Positions 14,496 through 23,806 of a stretch of 30,552 nucleotides of DNA are shown piece after piece. Source of the stretch: an uncultured Gammaproteobacteria bacterium (lineage in GTDB: Bacteria; Patescibacteriota; Microgenomatia; UBA12405; CAZMUE01); the NCBI GenBank assembly GCA_964569725.1, contig CAZMUE010000001.1:1-30552 (forward strand), read 5' to 3'. The notes under the pieces are model-generated. The model was not told the origin of the DNA, ran no database searches, and was given only the letters and a program-made list of their open reading frames with translations. Made by a program: the position numbers and the translations under genes. Within the stretch, counting starts at the first letter, position 1, and each line of letters begins with the position of its first letter.

Positions 14496-16966
14496 TAGAC
14501 CTTTGCTCCTAGATAATCTGCTACTATTGCCATCTTTTTGTCATTATTCTTGTCTTTATTGCCCATAAAAAACTGCGCTAGTAAGGAACCCCCTGCCAAA
14601 CCCAGCGCATTTTCGACAAAAACAAGACGTTCTTCACGAGAAAGCTTAATCCTCTTTTCGCCTATGAAATTGAAAAAGCTTGTCGAAACATACCTTAAAA
14701 CCGTTTTTATTGAAGACAATACCCTTCGTATATCTGCCTCTTCGCAGCTCGTTCGCTCGAAAGCATTCCTCACTGGATGCAAGAAACTGCTCCAACGAGT
14801 TTCTCTTTTTTCTTCCTTTAGATCGTCAAGTCTCAAATCAATCAGGCCTCGCAAATCCACTCTATTGCTTCTGACAACCCATCTCTTGAGCCATCGGCTA
14901 AGCGAGGGGATGATCATAGTCAATGCCAGAATTTCTTCTTCTGTTGTTTCGCCAATATTGGGGTTCTTGCCTAATATTTTTTCAAGGGCTAGGCTTTCCA
15001 CAAAGGCTCTCTTAAAATGATAAGTTGCATCTCTTTCGTGAGAATGAGAAACCCAAGCAGAGGCTAATAAACCAATTCTTTTTTTATTGGCCAAAAGTTT
15101 CATCGACATAAGGGCATCTTCTGCAAATTCAATTTCGTTAGAAAATTTAATCTTCGAAAATTCTTTTTTGTTATAGATCGAAAAAACGTCGTCAATCAGG
15201 CAATTTTTTCTTTTTTCAAAAAATCCAAGACCCTGCGGATCAATTTCCTTACCATCAATAATCTGGTCCCCACCTTCGGGATTAATAAAATCATAATGAT
15301 TGTGCATTTGCCATTGAGAAAATGGCGAAGCTCCGCTCCTGGGTCGCTGAATCGGCGAAGCCGCCGCCAAAGAATTGACTTTCATAAAATTAATTATTTT
15401 ATTAAGCAAATTGTCCATTTCTGGAATCGCATCTTGAACAGTGAAGAGAAAGTAATCACCTTTAGCAAGACTCGCGCCCAGATTTCTAGTTTTCCCATGG
15501 CCAAACTCTGACGGCTTAATTTTAATAACCCTACAGCCAAACTGTCTCGCTATTGCCGTAGTTCTGTCAGTTGACCCGGAGTCAATAACAATAATCTCCG
15601 TTCTTTTAACCCCTCTTTGCTTTTTGAGAAAAAGCAATACCTTAAAAAAATCGTCTCCGGCGTTTAATGTAGGAATAATCACCGAGACCATCTCCCGAAC
15701 TGGATCATCCCCGGGAATAGCCACAGGAGATCTTCTCTTCTTAACGAATGGTTCCAGCATCATCCGCTTTAGAACATTAAATTTCTGCCAGGCCCTAAAG
15801 GTTTTCGCAGAAATTATATTATCTAACTGATTCTTAAGAATTTTTAACTCCTCTTTGCTATTAATGAGCTGAACCTCTCTCCTAGAATGATTCTCTCTGA
15901 GTCTCTGCAATTGCAAATCCCTTCTCTTAACGGCAGCATCCAAGGCTACAATTTTCCTCTTTGCCGCTTCTAGCTCGTCTGCAATGAGATTCAACTCTTC
16001 CGTATCCATCTTTAGCTTTCGCACTTCACGATCCAAAATATCTTTCTCTTTTTCAAGAACACTTTTCTGTTTCCCAAAAGCCTCTATGCTTAAATCCTTT
16101 TCAATGTTAACCCTAGTTAAACCTTTCAAATGAGAAAATAAGTCTGCCCCCTCGTAAATCACCTTTTCATAAGAAAAATTCGTTCTTATATTAGGATCTG
16201 AGTAATCATAGACGTAGCGTTGAAAATTCTCTTCTTTCCTCTGGAAATTAATCAGCAATTTTCGATTTAAGTCGTTAAAGGCCATACTCCACCATTCTTC
16301 AAAAATCAACAGGCCTGGTTCGACGAAATTAACCATTCTCTTGCCGGAAAATTTTCTTAAAAGCGGCCCTATTTTATTGGCTAAATAGAAAAGATATCGG
16401 TATTTAACAAAATCTCTCTCTATGGGAAAATCAAAAATCCATTCACAGTCAATAAAGAGAGGCTTATCTTTTGAAATGATTAAATTATCAGCAACGATAT
16501 CCAAATTTGCAGTCTTGATAAAATAACTCGGCAAAACAGGATTAGCCAAAAATACCTCCCTATACTGTTTCAGGTTTGTAAATTGGGCTAAGGCGTCTAA
16601 ACGAAAACAAGGAAGCCCCTCAATAATTCTCAAGCCTAAAGAAAAGTGCTCTGACGCTTTAGCGAAATCTTTCTCTAGAAGAAAATCACTGATGTTCTTT
16701 TCCAAATTATAGTCGCTAATAAATGAATACTGTATACCAGAACCACTCTCTACCAATTTACCTCGCAAGACTTTCCCTGTTTCAGCGATGAAGTTTTGCC
16801 ATTTTTCTTCATTCTTAAGAATACCTCCCAAATGACGCCTTGATTCTGGTGATAGCGCCTTTTTAAAAACCAGTCGTCTTCCCGATCTTTCCTCTATAGA
16901 AGTTAGAATTCTAAATTTCTCCTTCCGGCTCGCCACCGTTTTTGCGTATAAAACTTTATTCATCAT
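14495..16966 (-). CDS. Multidomain protein: kinase-like domain (aa ~1-255), coiled coil (~289-386), GT2 (rhamnosyltransferase-like, ~426-650)
   Basis: VFKKAL, NLDIVADN (D-x4-N) and IDCEW are ePK/APH-like. A heptad-rich E/K/L stretch ends in SAKTFRAW. GT2 motifs are VIIPTLNAG, IDSGSTD, HGKTRNLGA, TVQDA and AED. Confidence 0.78.
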   Translation of the reverse strand: MMNKVLYAKTVASRKEKFRILTSIEERSGRRLVFKKALSPESRRHLGGILKNEEKWQNFIAETGKVLRGKLVESGSGIQYSFISDYNLEKNISDFLLEKDFAKASEHFSLGLRIIEGLPCFRLDALAQFTNLKQYREVFLANPVLPSYFIKTANLDIVADNLIISKDKPLFIDCEWIFDFPIERDFVKYRYLFYLANKIGPLLRKFSGKRMVNFVEPGLLIFEEWWSMAFNDLNRKLLINFQRKEENFQRYVYDYSDPNIRTNFSYEKVIYEGADLFSHLKGLTRVNIEKDLSIEAFGKQKSVLEKEKDILDREVRKLKMDTEELNLIADELEAAKRKIVALDAAVKRRDLQLQRLRENHSRREVQLINSKEELKILKNQLDNIISAKTFRAWQKFNVLKRMMLEPFVKKRRSPVAIPGDDPVREMVSVIIPTLNAGDDFFKVLLFLKKQRGVKRTEIIVIDSGSTDRTTAIARQFGCRVIKIKPSEFGHGKTRNLGASLAKGDYFLFTVQDAIPEMDNLLNKIINFMKVNSLAAASPIQRPRSGASPFSQWQMHNHYDFINPEGGDQIIDGKEIDPQGLGFFEKRKNCLIDDVFSIYNKKEFSKIKFSNEIEFAEDALMSMKLLANKKRIGLLASAWVSHSHERDATYHFKRAFVESLALEKILGKNPNIGETTEEEILALTMIIPSLSRWLKRWVVRSNRVDLRGLIDLRLDDLKEEKRETRWSSFLHPVRNAFERTSCEEADIRRVLSSIKTVLRYVSTSFFNFIGEKRIKLSREERLVFVENALGLAGGSLLAQFFMGNKDKNNDKKMAIVADYLGAKV

Positions 16967-17889
16967 TTTTTGACAAAGAATAGAAAAGAGTTGGCAAATT
17001 CTACTAATAAGCCCGCATCTTTCAGGGTTTTGGCAAACAGAACCTCGTTGATTAAGTAGAGCCGTTCTGTGAAAGGTCCTCCTGTCGGAAAAATAGAATT
17101 GATTCCAATAGTATCTAGGCTCCTCAAAAAACCACTCTCTAAAACCTGAATTGGTAGTTTATAGTCAGGAAAGGGTAGATATAGCGAAAAATCGCTAAAA
17201 CCTGCTTGCTTTAAAATTCTTACCATATCTCCCAAGGCGAAAGTCCTTATTCCCATATAGTCTGGGTAATCTTCTAAGGATTGATATCCTATAGAGTAGT
17301 GATCTTCGTAGAACCCTGAAAAATATTTCACGCCAAGTTTATTTTCTATGGCAATAATCAATATCCCCTCTTCTTTCAAAAGCGTTCTGCATCTTTTTAA
17401 CATTTTAAGATAGGGCACAAGAGAATATCTGCTCTCGTGTGTTTCTCCAAAGAAAGCGCCCGCATATTCTAAAACACCGATCAGAGTCACGAAGTCGAAT
17501 TTCTCTTTACAAGAAAAGGTAGCAAAATCTCCAACGACGACTTCTAAATTCTGTTTTTCTTTAAATCTCCTTCTGATAATTTCTGCTCTTCTTTCCTCTA
17601 GCTCTAAAGCAACTACCTTTTCGCATCTTTCACAAAATAATCCAGTCAAGGCGCCGCACCCGGCACCAATTTCTAAAAGGCTCTTCTTCTTGCCAAAATC
17701 AAACCAGTTTAAAATGGCATGTCTCTGGGGGGAAAGATGATATAAAACTGGCCAGGATTTATGCAAGAATTTCGCGATTGCCTTTACCTGTTGAGATTCG
17801 CTTTTATCCTCAAAAAGTCGCAGAAGAATCTCCTCGGCATTATCTTTATATTCCTTTTTATCTCCTCCGCTTACGTCTTTTGTTGCCAT
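16963..17889 (-). CDS. Class I SAM-dependent methyltransferase (glycan O-methyltransferase-like)
   Basis: LLEIGAGCGALTG motif I, FDFVTLIGVLEYA, IIAIENKLG.KYF.G..EDH and PFPDYKLP. Confidence 0.87.
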   Translation of the reverse strand: MATKDVSGGDKKEYKDNAEEILLRLFEDKSESQQVKAIAKFLHKSWPVLYHLSPQRHAILNWFDFGKKKSLLEIGAGCGALTGLFCERCEKVVALELEERRAEIIRRRFKEKQNLEVVVGDFATFSCKEKFDFVTLIGVLEYAGAFFGETHESRYSLVPYLKMLKRCRTLLKEEGILIIAIENKLGVKYFSGFYEDHYSIGYQSLEDYPDYMGIRTFALGDMVRILKQAGFSDFSLYLPFPDYKLPIQVLESGFLRSLDTIGINSIFPTGGPFTERLYLINEVLFAKTLKDAGLLVEFANSFLFFVKK

Positions 17890-19100
17890 TGGTGTTTTTC
17901 CAAAACCACTCCCCTAGAAAATAGTAATGATCTTACCTCTAGCTCTTTTGCTCTGTGTAAAAAATGGTAAGGGCTCGCCTCGTCATTGCCGTAAGCAGCA
18001 ATTCTTAAGTAATACTTACCAGCGTTAAGGCTTAGCTCTGGAAACGATAAGCTCACATTTCCGCTTTTTTTGTTTGTCTTGATCCTAAAACCATCGAAAT
18101 CTGTCCCGAGACCAGAAACATAAACACCATCCTCTCTATAAATGCCCAAAGAAAACTTTAGTGTCGCTATCTTCTTTACAACCCTATAGTTAATCCCTAC
18201 CCTTAACAGCTCTCCTGATCTTATTAGCTTGACTTCGTTATTCCTATGGTCGAGAAGTTGAACGTTTTTTATCAGAACTTCTCCGCTCCCCCATTGTTCA
18301 AAACCATCGGGATGCCCCTCTTTATCTTTACCCTCGCCCATCTCTTTTAGTCTTTCCTTTTTATAAAAGAATTTTTCATAATCCAAAATCGTTTTTTCTA
18401 CAGAAGAAATTTCCGTCGCCTTACCTTTATTAAGGAAAATTCCTCTATCACAAAAATTTAGAATTAAGTCCATAGAATGAGAAACTAAAATGATAGTTTT
18501 GCCTAACGACCTTAAATGATGGAATTTAGATAGACATTTGGCCTGAAAAGCTCTATCGCCAACTGCCAAAACTTCATCTACTAATAAAATGTCGGCATCC
18601 GTATTAACGGCAATGGCAAAACCGAGTCTGGCATACATCCCAGAGGAATAGCGCTTAACCGGCTGAGTAATAAAATCCCAAAGCTCAGCAAAATCAACAA
18701 TTTCTGTGAATTTTTCGTCTATTTCTTTCTTAGTTAAACCAAGAATTGAACCGTTGAGATAAATGTTCTCAGCGCCAGTTAAGTCGGGATGGAAACCGGC
18801 CCCCAGTTCAATCAGGGGAGAAACCCTACCGTTAACGACGATTTTTCCCTTGTCTTGCCTCGTTACTCCGGCGATTAACTTTAAGATTGTTGACTTGCCA
18901 GCTCCATTGGGTCCGACGATGCCTATTGCCTCTCCTCTTTTTATTTTGAAAGAAACATTTTTCAGGGCCCAAAGTTCTTTTCTCGCCTCTCTTTTTTTGA
19001 TTGCGGCCGGAACCAGCTCCTTTAAAGTCCGATGAACCTGCAGACGATAAAGCTTGCAAACGCTATCGAACTCTATGGCAAAACCATTTGTTCTTTTCAT
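17871..19100 (-). CDS. wzt: Polysaccharide ABC exporter ATP-binding subunit with C-terminal carbohydrate-binding (Wzt_C) domain
   Basis: Walker A GPNGAGKST, signature YSSGM, Walker B LLVDEVLAVGD and H-loop VSHS. A ~150-aa C-terminal beta domain (GSGEVLI...LNAGKYYL) follows. Confidence 0.93.
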   Translation of the reverse strand: MKRTNGFAIEFDSVCKLYRLQVHRTLKELVPAAIKKREARKELWALKNVSFKIKRGEAIGIVGPNGAGKSTILKLIAGVTRQDKGKIVVNGRVSPLIELGAGFHPDLTGAENIYLNGSILGLTKKEIDEKFTEIVDFAELWDFITQPVKRYSSGMYARLGFAIAVNTDADILLVDEVLAVGDRAFQAKCLSKFHHLRSLGKTIILVSHSMDLILNFCDRGIFLNKGKATEISSVEKTILDYEKFFYKKERLKEMGEGKDKEGHPDGFEQWGSGEVLIKNVQLLDHRNNEVKLIRSGELLRVGINYRVVKKIATLKFSLGIYREDGVYVSGLGTDFDGFRIKTNKKSGNVSLSFPELSLNAGKYYLRIAAYGNDEASPYHFLHRAKELEVRSLLFSRGVVLEKHQWQQKT

Positions 19101-19867
19101 GCAACGTCTGCGAATTTTCCTGCTAACCTCTTAAAGAGTATCCAGCCGATCAGAAAAACTCCCGAAGAAAGCAATAGGGCAATTCCTAAATGTAGCCAAT
19201 CAGGTTGTCCTGCTCCCAAAATAACCTGACGATAGGCGTTAATTAAAACAGAAATTGGGTTCAAAGAAAGAACGGTTCTTAACTCAAGAGGAACTGCCTC
19301 TACCGGGTAAACCACCGGCGTTAGATAAAATAAAATCACCAGAACTAACCCCATCAAATGTTGCACGTCTCGGTAAAATAAGTTTAGAGCAGAAATCAAA
19401 AGACCAAGTCCAAAAGTAAAGATAAGCTGAACAAGAAAAATGAGGGGAACTATTAAAAGATCAAGAATCAGGTTCGTGGGTTGCCTGAAAATAATCATAA
19501 AAAAAACAAGGACCAAAGAAGCCAAAGCAAGATCCACAGTTTTCGCTAGAATTGTTGCCAGAACAATTAATTCCCTGGGGAAATAAACTTTCTTAATCAA
19601 AACACTCATGTTGACGAGTTCTCCCATCGAAGAGGTCAAAGAATTAGCGAAAAAGGTCCATGGCAACAGACCAACATAAAGAAAAATCGGGTACGGAACC
19701 CCAGGAACAGAAATTTTCATGATTCTGGAAAAAACTAGGGTCATAACCAACATTTGCAAGAAGGGGTTAAGAATTACCCAGAAGTAACCCAAAACCGATT
19801 GTTTATATCTGCCCGCAATCTCTCTTTTTATTAGGTTCGACAGAAGATCCTTATGATTTTGCTTCAT
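19097..19867 (-). CDS. wzm: Polysaccharide ABC exporter permease (ABC-2)
   Basis: RYKQSVLGYFW..LNP, GLLPWTFF, IKKVYFPRE, YRDVQH, FYLTPVVYP and LNPIS.LI..YR, with 6 TMs. Confidence 0.93.
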   Translation of the reverse strand: MKQNHKDLLSNLIKREIAGRYKQSVLGYFWVILNPFLQMLVMTLVFSRIMKISVPGVPYPIFLYVGLLPWTFFANSLTSSMGELVNMSVLIKKVYFPRELIVLATILAKTVDLALASLVLVFFMIIFRQPTNLILDLLIVPLIFLVQLIFTFGLGLLISALNLFYRDVQHLMGLVLVILFYLTPVVYPVEAVPLELRTVLSLNPISVLINAYRQVILGAGQPDWLHLGIALLLSSGVFLIGWILFKRLAGKFADVA

Positions 19868-19873
19868 TTCGGC

Positions 19874-20944
19874 TTAACTATTATATACTCTCCGAACATC
19901 CTTTATCCAGGATAAGCCAATTTTAATGACATCAAATTTAAAGGGCAAATAAGGGTTATGCTTAAATACCCGTTTATCGTTGATTTTTCTGTTTCTCTGC
20001 GCCAATCTCCTAGATGATCGGTACTTTCCTAAAATTAATTTTATGAAAAAATTAATTATCCCCACCAGCTTCGCCATAGTAATTTTGGGCGAAATCAAAA
20101 GATATCCCAAAGAGAAAACGGTTCTAGAAGCTATCAAGGGGAGAAATAGCAAAATAAATACTCCTAGGGATAGATTTTTATAATAAACGGTAAGAAGATT
20201 GGTTTCTGTCTGGCTTAATAATCTTAAAGAAAGCTTTTTATCGGGCGAAGACCCGTGTCCCCAATGAAATACTCTCGCTCTAGGATTAACCACAATTTGT
20301 TCTCCGCCCAGGAGAATACGCCAAGATAAATCAACATCTTCAAAATACATAAAATAATCCGGATCAAAAAGACCATATTTTTTAAAGACCGCTACTCTTA
20401 TCATCATCGCCGTAACTAAACCGCTGAAAATCGAAAATTCTTCTTGCCTATATTCCTTTGGAATTTGTGTTATCTTTTCTCCACCAAGAAAACCGACAAA
20501 AACACCAAAAAAAAGATTACGAATCGCCCCGCCAGCAGAATCGATTGTTTCTCCTTGCCAATCTAAACTCAAGCTGGCGCAGATAGCTATCTTATTATTC
20601 TTTTCTAGAGTTTTTAAGGATTCTTGCAGCCAATTTCTATCTGCTCTGACATCAGCATTCATCAGAGCGATTCTCTTAAATCCTTGCCCTATTGCCTTTT
20701 TAATCGCCTGGTTAAAAGCTCTGCCCACGCCAAAATTGTGATTATTTTCAATCAGTTTAAAGGGGACTCTGTGTTCTCTAGAGGCTATTTCTCTTAAATA
20801 ATTTTTACTTTTATCTTGGGAATTATTATCTATTACCCAAACTTCATAGTTTTCAGCTGTCTGATTAAAAAGAGATTTCAAGCATTCTGGCAGGAATTTA
20901 TAACAATTGTAGTTTAGAACAATAACAACAGTTTTATTTTTCAC
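19874..20944 (-). CDS. GT2 glycosyltransferase (WbbL/RfbF-like)
   Basis: VIVLNYN, IDNNSQD, N.GVG.AFN, MNAD and FDPDYFMYFEDVDLSWR. GTG start overlaps the upstream TGA. Confidence 0.87.
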   Translation of the reverse strand: MKNKTVVIVLNYNCYKFLPECLKSLFNQTAENYEVWVIDNNSQDKSKNYLREIASREHRVPFKLIENNHNFGVGRAFNQAIKKAIGQGFKRIALMNADVRADRNWLQESLKTLEKNNKIAICASLSLDWQGETIDSAGGAIRNLFFGVFVGFLGGEKITQIPKEYRQEEFSIFSGLVTAMMIRVAVFKKYGLFDPDYFMYFEDVDLSWRILLGGEQIVVNPRARVFHWGHGSSPDKKLSLRLLSQTETNLLTVYYKNLSLGVFILLFLPLIASRTVFSLGYLLISPKITMAKLVGIINFFIKLILGKYRSSRRLAQRNRKINDKRVFKHNPYLPFKFDVIKIGLSWIKDVRRVYNS

Positions 20945-22155
20945 TTTCTTTTGACCAGGAAAACGAAAAGTCTAATAATAAAAAGCCAGAAGAAGATTAA
21001 GAAGATCAGGTGGGTTGTTAGAGCTGTCTTTGTTAATCCGAAAAGAGGAATTGCTGTTCCCAATCCTTGACTGGCAAAAGCTAAATCCACTGAGGCAGAA
21101 TTGAGAATCTTTTGGGAAACGAAGCCAGGAATCAACCAAAGGAACATTGATGGAAAAAAGAAACTGTAAAACGAAGCCATTGCTAGGCAGGCAAAAAAAG
21201 AATAATAAATCGCCATTTTGAGGTCTATGATGATTAAGAAGGGCAAAATCCAAACAAGATATTGGGAAGAAATGCCGCCGTAAAAGAGGTAGAAAGCAGT
21301 GAAAATTATTGTCCAGGCAAAAATCAAATCCTTTTTCTTTTTTATCAGCCAGAGAAAAAGAAAACCGTAGAGCGCCAAGAAACCAATCTTATTCCAAGAC
21401 AAAAGAGTTCCGAAACCATCAATCGCTAGAAATGCTTGCCCATGACTTAACCAATTGATCGCCCTAATGATTGCCATCCAACCAAAATCAGTAATTCCTG
21501 AATAGCCAAAAATATATTTAGCTGAACCTAAAGAATATTTAAAAAGAAAAGGCAAAAGAATCAGAAATATAGGAAGGGCTGACCAGAAAGCAAAGATTAT
21601 TTTTTCTTTAATCTTTTTCTTTTTAAGCAAAAAAACAGGCCCTATTAGGACCGGAAAGCTCTTGAGAGCAATTCCCAAACCAAGGGAAAAGGGACTAAGC
21701 CATTTCTTAGGAGAGCGGAAAAATTTAATAGCCAAGAGAATCGTTAAAATCACAAAACTGTCAAATTGGCCATGAAAACCGGTAACCAGAATGGAAACAG
21801 GATTGAGGCTATAGAACAAAGCAGAGACAAACCTAAGTTTTTTATCTTTAACCAGCTGATAAATCAATAAACAAATCAAGATGTCTGCCAAAATCATCGG
21901 CACTTTTATCACTAATTGAAAGGGAAGGTGAAAAAATTGTCCTAAAGAAAAAGCCCCTGCCCCCCACCATAACCAAAGGGGTGGATTGGAACAAACTCCA
22001 CTCAAATAAGGATCGTCTCCTTTGAAAATAAGTTCATTAACAACAAAAGAGTTTTTAAGATCACCACTAACCGGCGTTATCACTGCCGGAATGAATCTTA
22101 AAACAATGGTTAATAAAATCAAAAGAATAATCTTTTTCTTTTCGCTAATTTCCAT
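20941..22155 (-). CDS. GT87/DUF2029-like GT-C membrane glycosyltransferase
   Basis: SGDL...NPPLW, KVPMILAD, LNP.SI...GFHGQFDS, LGIALKSFP and SSQYLVWILP, with about 10 TMs. Confidence 0.78.
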   Translation of the reverse strand: MEISEKKKIILLILLTIVLRFIPAVITPVSGDLKNSFVVNELIFKGDDPYLSGVCSNPPLWLWWGAGAFSLGQFFHLPFQLVIKVPMILADILICLLIYQLVKDKKLRFVSALFYSLNPVSILVTGFHGQFDSFVILTILLAIKFFRSPKKWLSPFSLGLGIALKSFPVLIGPVFLLKKKKIKEKIIFAFWSALPIFLILLPFLFKYSLGSAKYIFGYSGITDFGWMAIIRAINWLSHGQAFLAIDGFGTLLSWNKIGFLALYGFLFLWLIKKKKDLIFAWTIIFTAFYLFYGGISSQYLVWILPFLIIIDLKMAIYYSFFACLAMASFYSFFFPSMFLWLIPGFVSQKILNSASVDLAFASQGLGTAIPLFGLTKTALTTHLIFLIFFWLFIIRLFVFLVKRK

Positions 22156-22808
22156 TATTTCTGAGCAATCAATAAAAGCTCTTGCCCCAGTTTTTTAATA
22201 GGCAGAAAGACTGGTTTTATTATAGAGGGTTTTACTTTTTCTCTTAAAGATGGGGTTGGCGGAAAACCAAAAGAAAAAATATGCTTGATCTTCACGCGAC
22301 TAAAACCAATATTCCTTAGATTTAAAAGCCAATATTGCTGATCCCAAACATTAATATGGGTTTGATCTTTATCCTTAAAGAATTTCCTCAATACAAAGGC
22401 AGCGTTGGGAGTAGTAGCGTAAAACAAACCCCTTTTCTTTAATCTTTGATAAATGAATTTCAACATTCCCTGGTCATCTTCCAAATGCTCTAGGACATCA
22501 AAAGCAGTGATAGCATCGAAAGTTTTTCCCTCAAAAAAGGAGAAATTGCTCCTAATCTTAGCCTTGGTGAATTTCTTTGCTTGGCTAATGGCGTATTCGG
22601 AAATCTCTAAACCATAAGTTTTGATCCCCTTTTCATCGCAAAGACCGAGGAAATAACCAAAACCGCAGCCAATATCTAAAATCCTCCTCGCCCTCTTCCT
22701 TTTCAAAATCTGTTTTAAATGATAGCTAAAAATATCTCTTCTCTCTTTATTAAATTGATAGCCAGCTGACTGGTTGGCAAAATAGCTTTGATCATAAGGG
22801 GCTTTCAT
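22155..22808 (-). CDS. Class I SAM-dependent methyltransferase
   Basis: ILDIGCGFG, GLEIS.YA, FDAITAFDVLEHL and ATTPN. Confidence 0.9.
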   Translation of the reverse strand: MKAPYDQSYFANQSAGYQFNKERRDIFSYHLKQILKRKRARRILDIGCGFGYFLGLCDEKGIKTYGLEISEYAISQAKKFTKAKIRSNFSFFEGKTFDAITAFDVLEHLEDDQGMLKFIYQRLKKRGLFYATTPNAAFVLRKFFKDKDQTHINVWDQQYWLLNLRNIGFSRVKIKHIFSFGFPPTPSLREKVKPSIIKPVFLPIKKLGQELLLIAQK

Positions 22809-23806
22809 GGTTTTATTCTCCTTAATTTTAAAATTAGAGAAAGAATCTTTTCTTTATAATTATCAACCATTAGCCGCAAGAATTTTCTGGGAATAATGAT
22901 GGTTCCCAGACTGCAGAACCAAAAACCAAGATTAAACAGATTTCTCGGTCTCTGTTTCGCTAAGATCAAAATCTCTTTAAGCAGATTCTTAAAAGAGCCA
23001 TAGTTTTTTATCTGCACTAGACCAATATAATGAGTAGTGATCTGGTCAATGCCGGTTTTCCTCACTTTTTCATATCTCTCGCCTTGGTAAACATCTTTAA
23101 ACATCCTTACCCAACTCTCGGTCGGAGAAATATCGTAAATACCTGATTTAAACCTGGTCTGACTACTCTTAATCCTAACCGCGACGGTGTAATCTTTTAG
23201 AAAAACAACCTTATGTTTTTTGGTAATCGAGGCGAAGGGATAAATATGGGCCGGGAAGGTATCGGTATGAAAATCGCGATCTAAATTTTTTACCCGATAG
23301 GCTAAACCGGAAAGCTGGCCAACGGAGCCAAAAATACTTCTTACCTCTTTTGGGCCATCGAAAACAGAAATTACCCTATCTTTCTCTCTATCATAAGGCA
23401 TTATGGCCCTAACCGGTCTTTTTGAATCTTCATCAAACCAATAGAAGGGCCGGGTCACTGCTCCGATATCTTTATCCAAAAAGAAAGCGTCATGGGTCTT
23501 GCGTAAAGCATCTTTTAAAAGGAAATCGTCTTGGGCCATTAAAAAGAGAAGATCAGAATCAACCATTTTCCTTAAAACCTGGAGATTGGCGCCATAGCCT
23601 AAGTTCCCAGGATTCCTGTGTATTTTGATTCGCCTATCTTTAAAACTCTTAATTGACTCTACAGTATCATCAGTCGAGCTATCATCAGAAACGATCATTT
23701 TAAAATCAGTTAAGTTTTGGCTCAAAATGCTTCTTATGGTTTCTTTGATCCATTGACTACCGTTATAAGTGGGCATGGCAATAGTTAAGCTTAATTTTTT
23801 ACTCAT
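22805..23806 (-). CDS. GT2 glycosyltransferase
   Basis: AMPTYNG, VSDDSSTDDT, NLGYG.N and MAQDD. Confidence 0.87.
   Translation of the reverse strand: MSKKLSLTIAMPTYNGSQWIKETIRSILSQNLTDFKMIVSDDSSTDDTVESIKSFKDRRIKIHRNPGNLGYGANLQVLRKMVDSDLLFLMAQDDFLLKDALRKTHDAFFLDKDIGAVTRPFYWFDEDSKRPVRAIMPYDREKDRVISVFDGPKEVRSIFGSVGQLSGLAYRVKNLDRDFHTDTFPAHIYPFASITKKHKVVFLKDYTVAVRIKSSQTRFKSGIYDISPTESWVRMFKDVYQGERYEKVRKTGIDQITTHYIGLVQIKNYGSFKNLLKEILILAKQRPRNLFNLGFWFCSLGTIIIPRKFLRLMVDNYKEKILSLILKLRRIKP

Noticed and set aside
13426-15830. + strand ORFs (13426..13749, 13916..14161, 14130..14366, 14538..15020, 15296..15511 and others)
   Set aside because: Antisense to well-supported GT4 and multidomain genes, Ser/Leu-rich shadow composition, no motifs.
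18763-19229. + strand ORFs opposite wzt/wzm
   Set aside because: Typical antisense shadows of an ABC ATPase gene.
19880-19885. Perfect TATAAT (minus strand) 12 nt upstream of wzm as an internal promoter
   Set aside because: It lies within the coding end of the upstream GT2 (VYNS) and has no -35 or TG extension. Possible but unsupported.
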